A stretch of 21,144 nucleotides of DNA from Candidatus Izemoplasmatales bacterium (GTDB taxonomy: Bacteria; Bacillota_I; Bacilli_A; Izemoplasmatales; Hujiaoplasmataceae). The stretch spans positions 1 to 21,144 of the forward strand of contig JBFXGX010000029.1 of assembly GCA_050177605.1 (NCBI GenBank), read 5' to 3'. Shown here piece after piece: positions 1 through 9,925 of this stretch. The notes beneath the pieces were generated by a model. It was not told the DNA's origin, searched no databases, and saw nothing but the letters and a program-made list of their open reading frames with translations. A program made the position numbers and the translations under genes. Positions within the stretch are counted from its first letter, which is position 1. Every line of letters begins with the position of its first letter.

Positions 1-30
1 TCCAAATCTTTGTAATCTAATTTTCACCAT
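1..30 (-). CDS. rpsP: 30S ribosomal protein S16, 5' end only (runs off window)
   Basis: ATG at 30 reads MVKIRLQRFG, a typical S16 N-terminus; GGAGG RBS at about 39-43; not in the ORF track. Confidence 0.9.
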   Translation of the reverse strand, partial: MVKIRLQRFG

Positions 31-64
31 GTTCGTTTCCTCCTGTTTATCAAAAATCGTGTAT

Positions 65-93
65 ATTATATCAAAAAAAAATACCGCTGTCAA
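65..93 (-). promoter_or_regulatory. sigma-A promoter for rpsP
   Basis: TTGACA (93-88), 17 bp, then TATAAT (70-65) with extended TG. Confidence 0.8.
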
Positions 94-112
94 TGTTTTT
101 TTCTTGACAGCG
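73..112 (-). terminator. intrinsic terminator after ylbG-like gene
   Basis: stem cgctgtcaa (85-93) / ttgacagcg (104-112), followed on the minus strand by a T9 tract. Confidence 0.65.
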
Positions 113-118
113 ATAACT

Positions 119-358
119 TTATTCATTGAATTCTAAATGTTCCATTTCAACCAATGATTCTTCGACTTTTTTGATACCTTTAAGGTTCTGAATTTGCTTC
201 TTTGTTTTCTCTACATACGGTTCATCCATATAAGCAACTGCGTACCCTGCTTTTTCATTGACATAGGTCACCCTTACGTGGAAACGTTCGATATCCTTAA
301 TTGCTTTTTTATTTTGGAAGTAAATGATGATTCCTTTTCTTTTTACCATATTGTTCAC
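119..358 (-). CDS. YlbG/DUF2129-family protein
   Basis: RKGIIIY, YAVAY and IKKVEES pattern; size; position next to ylbF-like gene. Confidence 0.75.
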   Translation of the reverse strand: MNNMVKRKGIIIYFQNKKAIKDIERFHVRVTYVNEKAGYAVAYMDEPYVEKTKKQIQNLKGIKKVEESLVEMEHLEFNE

Positions 359-735
359 ACTTTCTTTGTGCAGGAAGCCCCTGTATTAATATAGACTGAA
401 GACAAAATATCGTTCAACTGATCGGTGACTACTTTTAAGTCGCCATTGAGTTCTCTTAGCTGTGCTAGATAGGCTTGATAAACAGGATGAAGATATAACT
501 CGTCTTTCGCTTTGATAAAATCATTGAGGATTTCTTTAAATCCTGGAAAATGATCTTTCATTGGCTTCGCTTCTTCGTATTTTTGTTTTTTATGTTCATA
601 GTTTTCAAGTAAACTTGTTACTTCAGGATGGTTCAACATCTCTTGTTCTTTGGATTTATATGCTAGATAAACGCGACTTGATTTAAAATCATCTAGCCAC
701 GAGAATGTTTTTTCGATAATATCAAATTCGTTCAT
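355..735 (-). CDS. YlbF/YmcA-family regulator
   Basis: helical protein with S..Y.AYK..E and LY.HP.Y..YL pattern and C-terminal GASC; likely ATG at 735 after AGGTGA (741-746). Confidence 0.75.
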   Translation of the reverse strand: MNEFDIIEKTFSWLDDFKSSRVYLAYKSKEQEMLNHPEVTSLLENYEHKKQKYEEAKPMKDHFPGFKEILNDFIKAKDELYLHPVYQAYLAQLRELNGDLKVVTDQLNDILSSVYINTGASCTKKV

Positions 736-765
736 ATTTGTCACCTGAAAGTATTATATCATAAG

Positions 766-1470
766 TTAAGAAAAAATGGCGTCTATTTCTGCTTGTGTTA
801 GTTCTTTTACTTCTCCAAGTGCTAATTCATCATCCAGTTTTAAATTACCTATTTGAATTCTTTTTAAATAGGTGACTTCATTATCAATCGCTTCAAACAT
901 TCGTTTAACTTGATGGAATTTACCTTCTGTTATCGTAATATAAGCCTCAAAAGGTGAAATTTTTTCGATTGAAGCTGGCATTGTTAGAAAGGGTTGGCTT
1001 TTCCCGTCTTTGATTTCAACACCTGTTTCGAGAATTTGATAATCCCTTAACTCGTTCTTTAACTGCACATAATACGTTTTTTTGATTTGATTGGATGGAG
1101 AAATGATTTTGTGAATTAACTCTCCGTCATTGGACAAGATAAGTAACCCTTCACTATCAATATCAAGTCTTCCAGCGGTGTGTAAATCAAATCTGAAATA
1201 GGGTTCATCTAGGAGATCACTGATCGTGTCGTGTAATGCATCACTCGATGCACTGACAACCCCTTTTGGTTTATTCATCATTAAGGTCAAATTCTTTTTA
1301 TAAAATACTTGATCATTCCCAATCGTAACAATATCTTGGTCTTCATCAATATTGAAGGAAGCGTCTTTTGTGAGGCATCCATTGATTTTAACAAAACCAT
1401 CTTTGATAAACTTCGTCACATCTTTTCTTGAACCATATTTTAAATTAGAAAGGAATTTATCGAGTCTCAT
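766..1470 (-). CDS. rsuA: RsuA-family rRNA pseudouridine synthase with S4 domain
   Basis: MRLDKFL, NKPKG, GRLDIDSEGL (catalytic D), EGKFHQVKRMF. Confidence 0.9.
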   Translation of the reverse strand: MRLDKFLSNLKYGSRKDVTKFIKDGFVKINGCLTKDASFNIDEDQDIVTIGNDQVFYKKNLTLMMNKPKGVVSASSDALHDTISDLLDEPYFRFDLHTAGRLDIDSEGLLILSNDGELIHKIISPSNQIKKTYYVQLKNELRDYQILETGVEIKDGKSQPFLTMPASIEKISPFEAYITITEGKFHQVKRMFEAIDNEVTYLKRIQIGNLKLDDELALGEVKELTQAEIDAIFS

Positions 1471-3431
1471 TCTACATTCACCCTCGCCATTTCTCGAAGC
1501 ACTCTTACAAATTCAGCAACTGACCACGCTTGTGAGTAACAGCCTTTTCCGACTTTGCCTTCTTGACCATCAAAAACCTCCGCATATCCAAATAAACATC
1601 CTTGTTCTGTTTCTTTGAGCGCTGCTAATAAAGGTTCTTTGATATTGCGAATTGATTTCATTGAAAAACGATGCACTTTCAAGTAAGTGTTGAAATAAGT
1701 ACCTAGTAAAAATCCCCATGAAGTCCCCATATGATAGGCATGGTCCCTCGATACAATATCACCACTATATTCTTTTATAAAACGTGGATCCTTGATTGAT
1801 AAACTTCGTAATCCGTGGATATCTACAAGTTCTTCTTCAATTCTTTTTAATACTTTCTTTGACTGTGCTTTACTTAGCATCGTAAAAGGTAAAGAGATGG
1901 CATAGATTTGGTTAGGTCTGACAGATTCATCAAGTAGATCGACGACATCATAGAGGGATTGATTTGACTTATTCCAAAATTTTCTTAGGAAATTTGTTTT
2001 GACAATTTTTGCCAAGTTAGCATAGCTGGATCCAACTTCTTTTCTACCATTCGTATCAAAGAACTGCATAATCTTTAAAGCATTATACCAAAGCGCATTG
2101 ATTTCTACTGGTTTTCCATGACGTGGGGTAATGACTTCCCCGTTGATACGAACATCCATCCAAGTGACTTGGTCAAGGCCCGATCCAGCATGGATTAATC
2201 CATCTTCATCCATTCCAATATTAAAATCCGTTCCATGAATATAAGCCTCTACAATTTGCTTCATCGATTCAAAAAAGGTTTCTTTGATTTGAATGTATTC
2301 TTTCGTATATTTCGCATATAAATAAAGTGCATTAATGTACCATAATGAAGCATCAACTGTATTATAGATTGGTGCACTTCCTTCATCAGGAAACATGTTT
2401 GGAATCAATCCATTTTTGATATAGGCTTGAAATGATTTGAGTACTTCATACGCATCCTCAAATCTTTCAGTGGATAACAATAATCCTTCGAAAGCAATCA
2501 TCGTATCTCTTCCCCAATCGGTAAACCATGGGTACCCAGCGAGTACGGTTAAAGCATTCGTTGATTTTCTTTTCACAACGAAACTATCTGCACTCATCAG
2601 TAATCGTTCATAGTGTAGTTGAAATTCTTCATCAAGATAAAATGAGACATCAGTTTGCGATAGTTTTTTCATTCTCTCACTATATTCAGACATCTTCTTT
2701 GTGACACTAATCTGGCGTTTTCCTTCTGTTGAAACCATCACTTCAATATGAATATTCTCATTGGGTCGTAGTGTTTTCTTGATTTCAAAAGGTGTATAAT
2801 TATAGTCTTTTCTAGTATCTCCAGTCGCTTCATCAATTGGATAACTGATTGGCCCATAAATGGTTTCTTGAAGCGGAAAATATTCTCCTTCAGATACTGA
2901 AAAAGCAATTTCATATTGATCTTTTTTTAAGATGAGAACTTGACCTTCAAATTCCGTTGTTGGATGAAGCGCATCGATATTTGAGACATCCCCGTGATCT
3001 CGAAATTGAAAATGAGGTGTCAAAGAAAATTCAACTGGAACATCATAGGTTTCAATATCATACGTAATAAGAAGCGTGTTATGAAGGTACTCAGGAGACA
3101 CAGTTTTAACTATTTTCCATTGTTCGGATTCATAGGTCCATAGAGGAAGAGAATCATATTCAAATGATTTCAAATATGGATTGACCGTGGGATAAACCGA
3201 ATCTAAGCTGATCTTTCCATTCTTCGTTTCAATCCACTCATTGATCGACTGAAAAAACATTCTTCTTTCGGTCGGAGGGTTTAAACTAGCCACAAGTAAA
3301 CCATGATGTTTTCGTTCTTGTGTCAGTAAAATAGAGGAAGCCGTGTATCCACCAATTCCATTACTTAACACAAATTCTTTTTTAAAAGAGGCTGCTTGAT
3401 GTAGTTCACTACGTTCTAATAATATCTTCAT
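1467..3431 (-). CDS. amylo-alpha-1,6-glucosidase / glycogen debranching enzyme
   Basis: NGIGGY, RKHHGLL, AGYPWFTDWGRDT, TWMD, GKPVEINALW, RPNQ, QAWSVAE; start likely 3431 (RBS GAGGT), alternative 3437. Confidence 0.92.
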   Translation of the reverse strand: MKILLERSELHQAASFKKEFVLSNGIGGYTASSILLTQERKHHGLLVASLNPPTERRMFFQSINEWIETKNGKISLDSVYPTVNPYLKSFEYDSLPLWTYESEQWKIVKTVSPEYLHNTLLITYDIETYDVPVEFSLTPHFQFRDHGDVSNIDALHPTTEFEGQVLILKKDQYEIAFSVSEGEYFPLQETIYGPISYPIDEATGDTRKDYNYTPFEIKKTLRPNENIHIEVMVSTEGKRQISVTKKMSEYSERMKKLSQTDVSFYLDEEFQLHYERLLMSADSFVVKRKSTNALTVLAGYPWFTDWGRDTMIAFEGLLLSTERFEDAYEVLKSFQAYIKNGLIPNMFPDEGSAPIYNTVDASLWYINALYLYAKYTKEYIQIKETFFESMKQIVEAYIHGTDFNIGMDEDGLIHAGSGLDQVTWMDVRINGEVITPRHGKPVEINALWYNALKIMQFFDTNGRKEVGSSYANLAKIVKTNFLRKFWNKSNQSLYDVVDLLDESVRPNQIYAISLPFTMLSKAQSKKVLKRIEEELVDIHGLRSLSIKDPRFIKEYSGDIVSRDHAYHMGTSWGFLLGTYFNTYLKVHRFSMKSIRNIKEPLLAALKETEQGCLFGYAEVFDGQEGKVGKGCYSQAWSVAEFVRVLREMARVNVE

Positions 3432-3503
3432 ATTCATACCTCGCTCTTATCTCTATTTTATCATACAATGAAGCCTTTCGTCTGTACTAATTTCTCGAAG
3501 TTG

Positions 3504-3512
3504 TGTTATAAT
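3504..3512 (+). promoter_or_regulatory. extended -10 promoter for def
   Basis: TGTTATAAT shortly upstream of ATG 3529. Confidence 0.55.
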
Positions 3513-3528
3513 AATGCTGGTGATAAAA

Positions 3529-4110
3529 ATGATATTAATGAAAGATATTATACAAGAAGGGCATCCGCTATTAAGAAAAAGAGCGGTGGATGTCACCCTA
3601 CCTTTAAGTGATGAAGATTATAATACCATTAAAGAGATGATGGGCTATATCCAAATGTCTCAAAACGAAGAATTATCTGAAAAATACGGACTTCGTCCTG
3701 CAGTTGGACTCGCAGCCCCACAAATCGCTGTGTCTAAGAGGATGTTTTGTATGCATACCGTTGATGAAACGGGAGAAACATTACATTCCTACGCAGTCAT
3801 TAATCCGAAGATTATTTCTCACTCTGAAGAGTTAACTTACCTTCCCGGTGGAGAAGGATGTTTATCTGTGGATGAAGAAAAAAATGGACTCGTACCAAGA
3901 TACGCAAAGTTTAAGGCAAAAGCCTATCTTTTAAACTTTGAGACCAAGGAAGTAAAAGAAGTTTTATTTAAACTATCTGGCTATCCTGGTGTTGTTTTCC
4001 AACATGAATATGACCATCTTCAAGGTGTATTATTCGTTGATAAGAAAAAAGAATCTTTAAACGATTTAAAACCGATAGTCTTCCGTGAAGAAGAGTTAAT
4101 CGCCGAATAG
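3529..4110 (+). CDS. def: peptide deformylase (Gram-positive type)
   Basis: GLAAPQ, EGCLS and HEYDH motifs; start MILMKDII at 3529 with GGTGA RBS. Confidence 0.95.
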   Translation: MILMKDIIQEGHPLLRKRAVDVTLPLSDEDYNTIKEMMGYIQMSQNEELSEKYGLRPAVGLAAPQIAVSKRMFCMHTVDETGETLHSYAVINPKIISHSEELTYLPGGEGCLSVDEEKNGLVPRYAKFKAKAYLLNFETKEVKEVLFKLSGYPGVVFQHEYDHLQGVLFVDKKKESLNDLKPIVFREEELIAE

Positions 4111-4121
4111 ATAAATAAATA

Positions 4122-4153
4122 GCACCAACCGAAATGGTTGGTGCATTTTTTTT
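4122..4153 (+). terminator. intrinsic terminator between convergent def and fprA
   Basis: gcaccaacc-gaaat-ggttggtgc followed by a T tract. Confidence 0.85.
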
Positions 4154-5369
4154 ATTCAATTCCTTGGATAAACTTTCCAAACTTGACGCCAAAGGCTTTT
4201 GAATCTTCTAATTGATTGAGGCTTGGATTAAATCTTATTTTTAATCCTTCCATCGTTTTCATCTTTAATTGGTTCATTCTTTCCGTTAAAAATTTAACAG
4301 CTTCACCGCTCCATCCATACGATCCAAAGGCTGCAGCAAACTTAATTCCATGATGATAAGGATTTAAAAGCGTAAGCAAATCCCAAGCGGGTTTCACTGC
4401 ATCTCCCAAAATCGTTGTGGACCCTAAGATAAATGCATCTGCTTCGTGAATTCTTTCGATTACTTTTTCAGGTGAATCAACGACCAAATCATAGATTTCG
4501 ACAGTTACTTTTCCGTTGAAAGCTTCTTTAATTCCTTCTTCGATTGCTGGAACCATTTTTCTTGTATAACCATAAACACTGGTATAAGGAATAATTACAA
4601 GCGGTTGTTGTTTCGGTTCAGGAAGTTTTGCCCATTCGCGATAGACCCTTTTTGCATCCTCTAAAAAGGTTAAATCGACAACAGTTCCGTGTGATGTACC
4701 TACGAATTGAATCTCTAGTGTATCGATTAAATCGAGTGCGCGATTCACATCCTTTTTAAAAGGAGAAAAAAGACAGTCAAAATAGTATTTCATCGATGCA
4801 ATATATTCTTCCTTTTTTTGCATATTTGCACTAACCACACCACGATATGAATAATGGGCGCCAAAGAAGTCACAAGAGAATAATGCACTGTCTTCTTTTA
4901 CATAAGTAAACATCGTGTCTGGCCAATGAAGATTTGGTTGAATAAAGAATGACAAAGTCTTACCGCCTAAATCAATGACTAAATCACTCGTAGCACGAAT
5001 ATTCGTAAATGGCACATTGACAATTTCTTTTAAATTCGAAAGTCCTGGGCCTGAAGAAACAATCGTAATATTAGGATTTTTTTCTAAGATTTTACTGACA
5101 CTTCCAGAGTGATCAGGTTCTGTGTGATTTAATACTAAATAATCCACTTCTTTCAAATCGATGATTGATTCTACTTTTTCGATAAACTCATCGGCAAAAT
5201 TAACTTTTGCAGTATCAATGATAGCAGTTTTTAAACTACCTATCACTAAGTAGGCATTATAAGTAGACCCTTTTTCTGTATAATACGTAATATCGAAATT
5301 ATGAAGTGTATCGTCATTGACACCCACCCAGTAAATGTCAGGAGCTAGTTTGTAAGTATAATCTTTCAT
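4152..5369 (-). CDS. fprA: FprA-family flavodiiron protein (O2/NO reductase)
   Basis: HTEPDH, HWPD, CDFFG metallo-beta-lactamase diiron motifs; flavodoxin SVYGYT and FGSYGWSGEA; start 5369 after GAGGTGA. Confidence 0.92.
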   Translation of the reverse strand: MKDYTYKLAPDIYWVGVNDDTLHNFDITYYTEKGSTYNAYLVIGSLKTAIIDTAKVNFADEFIEKVESIIDLKEVDYLVLNHTEPDHSGSVSKILEKNPNITIVSSGPGLSNLKEIVNVPFTNIRATSDLVIDLGGKTLSFFIQPNLHWPDTMFTYVKEDSALFSCDFFGAHYSYRGVVSANMQKKEEYIASMKYYFDCLFSPFKKDVNRALDLIDTLEIQFVGTSHGTVVDLTFLEDAKRVYREWAKLPEPKQQPLVIIPYTSVYGYTRKMVPAIEEGIKEAFNGKVTVEIYDLVVDSPEKVIERIHEADAFILGSTTILGDAVKPAWDLLTLLNPYHHGIKFAAAFGSYGWSGEAVKFLTERMNQLKMKTMEGLKIRFNPSLNQLEDSKAFGVKFGKFIQGIE

Positions 5370-5576
5370 TTTCTTCACCTCAATACACATGAAACCATTC
5401 GTTTTTAGGAATCATTTTTCATTTATATTATACAACAAAATAGAGTTATTCCCAAGTAAAATGATTATTTTAAACTGCTAAAAATCGATATAACGCTTTC
5501 ATCCTTTGGTTGGTTTTTGAAAAGAAGAAAAGAGAATTAATCGAGGACTACGAATCAAAAAGGAAAGGATACCTGG

Positions 5577-5605
5577 TTGTAATTTTAGCCTTTCTTTGAT
5601 ATAAT
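5577..5605 (+). promoter_or_regulatory. sigma-A promoter for degV
   Basis: TTGTAA, 17 bp, TATAAT with extended TG. Confidence 0.6.
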
Positions 5606-5635
5606 AAAAAAAACGAGAAAAAAGGAAGTTTAAAT

Positions 5636-6523
5636 ATGAAAGATTATGTAATCGTAAGTGATTCCTGTGTCGATTTACCAGCTGATTTAGCAACGGAGTT
5701 AGGACTTCAAATATTACCATTAAAAGTTTCTTTTGAAGGCAAGGAATTTCAAAATTTCTTAGATGAGAGAGAAATCAAAACAACTGATTTTTATCAAACT
5801 CTACGAAATCACATTAAAACATCCACGGCTCAAGCTACACCAGCGGACTTCATAAATATATTTGATCCGATTCTGGCAAGTGGAAAAGATATTCTATCTA
5901 TTTCTTTTTCTTCAGCACTATCAGGAACTTATCATTCCTCTTTAATGGCTAAAAAAGAGTTAGATAATCAATATAAAGATTCGAAGATTGAATGTGTCGA
6001 TTCATTATGTGCTTCGATGGGTCAAGGCTTACTTGTTTATTATGCTGCTAAACTGAAACAAAAAGGTGCCTCCTTACAAGAAGTGAAAGAGTATGTCGTA
6101 AAAACTCGTCAACAATTATCCCATTTATTTACCGTAGATGATTTAGGACATTTGCGTCGTGGCGGTAGATTATCTGCAGGAAAAGAATTCATCGGTAACC
6201 TGCTCAATGTTAAACCGCTCTTGCATGTATCGACTGAAGGAAAATTAACAGTATATGGAAAAGCTAGAGGAAGAATTAAATCTCTTCATTCGCTCGTAGC
6301 TAGATTAGCAGAAACGATTGATTTAGGGAAAGAACAATATATCTTTATTTCTCACGGAGATGCTTTAGAGGATGCGTTGTTTGTCAAAGAACTAGTTAAA
6401 AACAAACTTCAAATCGAAGATGACCATTTCGTCATCAATCCGATTGGTCCTGTAATTGGTAGCCACTCTGGTGCTGGAACCATTGCAATATTTTATATAG
6501 GAAACGAACGTATTGCACAATAA
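5636..6523 (+). CDS. DegV-family fatty-acid-binding protein (FakB-like)
   Basis: IVSDS, STAQ, SSALSGTY, LRRGGR, KP, GSHSG motifs. Confidence 0.93.
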   Translation: MKDYVIVSDSCVDLPADLATELGLQILPLKVSFEGKEFQNFLDEREIKTTDFYQTLRNHIKTSTAQATPADFINIFDPILASGKDILSISFSSALSGTYHSSLMAKKELDNQYKDSKIECVDSLCASMGQGLLVYYAAKLKQKGASLQEVKEYVVKTRQQLSHLFTVDDLGHLRRGGRLSAGKEFIGNLLNVKPLLHVSTEGKLTVYGKARGRIKSLHSLVARLAETIDLGKEQYIFISHGDALEDALFVKELVKNKLQIEDDHFVINPIGPVIGSHSGAGTIAIFYIGNERIAQ

Positions 6524-6525
6524 TT

Positions 6526-6555
6526 AAAAAAGAACTTCTACTGAAGTTCTTTTTT
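6526..6555. terminator. bidirectional terminator
   Basis: aaaaaagaacttc-tact-gaagttctttttt between convergent genes. Confidence 0.8.
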
Positions 6556-7290
6556 CTTGAGATAAGGTTTCGAAATAAAATAGACAATCATCATCACAAT
6601 AAAACCGAGTATACTCGTTAAAATGAGATAGATTGGATTGAACATAAAATCACCAATATAGACATTTTTACCAAGATTGAAAAACATTTCTAGGGGTGTT
6701 CCTTCTTCTGGTTTGAATGTATAGAAATAATTGGATTCTTGACTTAAAAAGATACGGAAGATATTGTTGATTACTATACTAGATAAATATAAACCGCCAA
6801 CAATTGTAAAAGTTTTTTTAAGTGTGACTTTATCCAGTTTTACAAAACCAAAATAGTATGCAAATAAAGTAGTCGACACGATTAAAATATGTCCAAATAA
6901 ATAGGCAAACGCTCTAAACGAAACGAGTGTAGCATAATGAGTCAGTGAATTTGCAAAAACAATTGACATCATTGCTGCAGGTAAATTGAGCAGTAAAGCA
7001 AAAGCGAATAATGGTTTTGAATCTTTCATAAACGCAATCAGTAATACAAAGTTCGCAAAATGACAGATTTGTAAAGGTACAAGTTCAAAGTCAAATGCAT
7101 AGTCACGAACAATGAAGATTTCAATATTCCTAAGTATTAAAACAATAATCGCTAAAATACTTAAGGCAATACCTACCTTTCTTTTTTGTTCATAAGTCTT
7201 ATTCTTCATGATTAAAACAAGAATAACAGTTAGTATGATTGGGCTGATCATAAATAAGTAATGCCCAAAACTCCACATTGTAAAAGTCAT
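6538..7290 (-). CDS. YwaF-like integral membrane protein
   Basis: about 7 TM segments; SFGH, PLQICH, FGH and SNYFY motifs; likely ATG at 7290. Confidence 0.7.
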   Translation of the reverse strand: MTFTMWSFGHYLFMISPIILTVILVLIMKNKTYEQKRKVGIALSILAIIVLILRNIEIFIVRDYAFDFELVPLQICHFANFVLLIAFMKDSKPLFAFALLLNLPAAMMSIVFANSLTHYATLVSFRAFAYLFGHILIVSTTLFAYYFGFVKLDKVTLKKTFTIVGGLYLSSIVINNIFRIFLSQESNYFYTFKPEEGTPLEMFFNLGKNVYIGDFMFNPIYLILTSILGFIVMMIVYFISKPYLKKKELQ

Positions 7291-7340
7291 TTTCCCACCA
7301 CCAAAATCAATTATACTACGCACTAAATTTCTGAACAAGA

Positions 7341-7364
7341 AAAAAAAGGTGAAATAATCACCTT
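7341..7364 (-). terminator. terminator after FliB-like gene
   Basis: aaggtga-aataa-tcacctt with a minus-strand T tract. Confidence 0.55.
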
Positions 7365-7366
7365 AT

Positions 7367-8515
7367 TTATAGCATCAATCCATTAGCTAATGCTTCTTGA
7401 CTATCCGCATGTAGTTGTTTTAGTAATTGAATCATTGTTTTTTCAAACTTCGTATGAGCGATGACCCGAAAGGACTTGGCCATCACATCTACAAAGTTCT
7501 CCAACTTTTCTCCATCATATAGATGAACTCCCAAAAATCGAATCATCATATATTTTGCGACTAAGCTGATATACTCTTCATTAAAATTAATTGTATATTC
7601 TTGGAATGGAAACTGACGGAAATACAGGTTATTGATTAACATCTTTTCATACATTACTTCATGGTCAACTAAATTTTGATGAAAGTTTCTTTGCTTTACT
7701 TGATAATACGCTAATGGATCTTGATCATGATATTCTTTGAGAATCGTCTCAAAGTAATCAGATAAAGATGAATTGCGGTCAATAAACCATTTTGATATTT
7801 CAATCATGGTTTGTATACTATCAAGTGTCAGTAAACCCTGAAATGAAGTAGCATAGATTTCTTCAAGATTAATTGATTCTTTCAAATCTAATTTTTGAAG
7901 AAGTATTCCTACCATATGAATTCGGTGTGGTAAGGAATATAAGCGGTTGGACAAGATACGAAAACATTGATTTTTGGTTAATTGATATAAATTGATTTCA
8001 TCTTGATTTTCTCTTTTATTAGGTAGCACCATTTCAAAAGACAAATCTTTTTCTTCAAAAGAAATCGGACTGGTGTCTTCAAATAAGAGTTCTAATGTTT
8101 TTTCACAACTATTCGTCACAGTCGATTCATAGCCATATGTATTTCTTGGTCCTCGGGGATAATATCTACAAACCGATGGAAGTACTTTTTCTCCTAGGCT
8201 CGAATGTAAACTACAAAATCCATTTTTAGCAAGGAGAGGACAATCTCCATCATAATTATGTCTGATTTCAGCATATCTTGAAGAAGTAGGATTTGTAAAG
8301 GGAATAAATGCACGGTCAATCTTATCTCTTAATGTTTTGTTTGTCGAAACTCCATGTAAAACAAAATATTCCTTTTGAGAGACCGTGACGGTCCAGCCGT
8401 GACAACAGGTATTTCTACAGTCACTTCCTTTACATTTAAACTTTGAATAAAACGTTGGCACGAGAAATCGTGATGTTGTCAATTTGTTTGGACGATTTGA
8501 TTCAAATAGCCCCAC
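7367..8515 (-). CDS. FliB-family (flagellin lysine-N-methylase-like) Cys-cluster protein
   Basis: FKCKGSDCRNTCCHGW, CPLL..GFCSLH, CRYYPR, SCE; GTG 8515 with GAGGAG is favoured because TTG 8548 lies at or above the predicted transcription start. Confidence 0.8.
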   Translation of the reverse strand: MGLFESNRPNKLTTSRFLVPTFYSKFKCKGSDCRNTCCHGWTVTVSQKEYFVLHGVSTNKTLRDKIDRAFIPFTNPTSSRYAEIRHNYDGDCPLLAKNGFCSLHSSLGEKVLPSVCRYYPRGPRNTYGYESTVTNSCEKTLELLFEDTSPISFEEKDLSFEMVLPNKRENQDEINLYQLTKNQCFRILSNRLYSLPHRIHMVGILLQKLDLKESINLEEIYATSFQGLLTLDSIQTMIEISKWFIDRNSSLSDYFETILKEYHDQDPLAYYQVKQRNFHQNLVDHEVMYEKMLINNLYFRQFPFQEYTINFNEEYISLVAKYMMIRFLGVHLYDGEKLENFVDVMAKSFRVIAHTKFEKTMIQLLKQLHADSQEALANGLML

Positions 8516-8550
8516 AGTTAAGCATCTCCTCTTCTTCTTTTCAAGCAAGA

Positions 8551-8578
8551 ATTATATCAAAAAAATTGGACTTGTCAA
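8551..8578 (-). promoter_or_regulatory. sigma-A promoter for FliB-like gene
   Basis: TTGACA (8578-8573), 16 bp, TATAAT (8556-8551) with extended TG. Confidence 0.65.
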
Positions 8579-8752
8579 TGAATACTTCGAAGAAAGAATC
8601 AATGGATTCTTTTCCCGCGAAATAAAGGACAGACTACCTCATTGTTTTTCAACACAAAAACATTACACTTGGGTAACGATTTATCATATTTTTATGAAAA
8701 ACACAGTAAATATTTGTTTTATGTTATAATATTTGTGAAAGGAGATGATGGT

Positions 8753-9886
8753 ATGGCATTACCATTTACTAGTTACTCAGACTTTTATTCCGCCATTTTA
8801 TTAATTATCATGTTTGTCATTATCCTTGCAAGAAAAGATTATTATACTTTTGAAGAGAAGACGTTCATTGCTTTAATCATCACCTCTTTCTTAAATCTTG
8901 TCACAGAAGGTATTAGTTATATTGTCGATGGTCATACAGGGACTTTTTACTCCACTCTGAACTACATTACAAACCTATATCTCTATGTGTCTTTACCGAT
9001 TACCGGTGTCATTTGGGCAGTTTTTATCGATTCAAAAATCCATCGATCTATGAAACATGTTAAAAAGGTATTCTATTATCTACCTTTTTTGATTCTAATG
9101 GAATTACTTGTGGTCGTGAATTTTTTCACGAATAGCCTATTTTTCATTGATTCACTGAACGTATATCAACGTGGTCCTCTTTATTTTGCTAGTGCAATTC
9201 TCTTTTACACATTATTCATTTATCTTTTCTTCCAAGTGTTGGTTATGAGAAAGAATTTGGAGAAACATATTCTTTATGGTTTCTTAGTACTCCTTCTGCT
9301 TCCCGCGATTGGAGGTTCACTGCAATTAATAAATATTTCATTTACATCCATGTACACTATGCTTGCCTTAGGCCTCGTAACAGTCTATATGTCGATTGAA
9401 ACCATGAATGCTTCCAAAGATCCGATGACGAAGCTAAATACAAGAAAAAAGATTCTAGAATATATGGAATCAAAATTACAAAGTCATGTTCCTTTTACTG
9501 CTATCCTAATTGACATGGATAACCTAAAAAAAATCAATGATCAATTTGGACACTATGAAGGTGACCAAGCAATCATCGCCTTAACGGAAGGCTTGTTATC
9601 GATTTGTGAAAACCATCATATGGCTTCTAGAATTGGAGGAGATGAGTTTTTAATTATTACGTCTGTCATCGATCAAGAACTGATTGAAGAACGTTTATAT
9701 CACTTAAAAGAAGAGCTTAACAAGGATAGACGAGTTCCAGTACTTTACAGTTTTGGTATGTGTACAATCGAAAGCGAAACGACACTTACTGTAGATGATA
9801 TATTAATGATTGTTGATGAAAAGATGTATGATCAAAAAGCATTAAACAAGGGTTTTCCCGTAACTGATTCTAAATATATTCAATAA
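8753..9886 (+). CDS. membrane-anchored diguanylate cyclase (GGDEF)
   Basis: about 7 TM N-terminus; DPMTKL, DMDNLKKIND, GD, RIGGDEF; no RxxD I-site; start 8753 after AGGAG and TGTTATAAT (8722-8730). Confidence 0.9.
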   Translation: MALPFTSYSDFYSAILLIIMFVIILARKDYYTFEEKTFIALIITSFLNLVTEGISYIVDGHTGTFYSTLNYITNLYLYVSLPITGVIWAVFIDSKIHRSMKHVKKVFYYLPFLILMELLVVVNFFTNSLFFIDSLNVYQRGPLYFASAILFYTLFIYLFFQVLVMRKNLEKHILYGFLVLLLLPAIGGSLQLINISFTSMYTMLALGLVTVYMSIETMNASKDPMTKLNTRKKILEYMESKLQSHVPFTAILIDMDNLKKINDQFGHYEGDQAIIALTEGLLSICENHHMASRIGGDEFLIITSVIDQELIEERLYHLKEELNKDRRVPVLYSFGMCTIESETTLTVDDILMIVDEKMYDQKALNKGFPVTDSKYIQ

Positions 9887-9919
9887 AAAAATTCAAGTCT
9901 AGGGCTTGAATTTTTTATT
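9882..9919. terminator. bidirectional terminator
   Basis: aataaaaaaattcaagtc / ggcttgaattttttatt inverted repeat. Confidence 0.8.
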
Positions 9920-9925
9920 TCACTA

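Noticed and set aside
5390..5472. Fur/PerR-like AATGATT boxes upstream of fprA
   Set aside because: Too degenerate to distinguish from AT-rich background by eye
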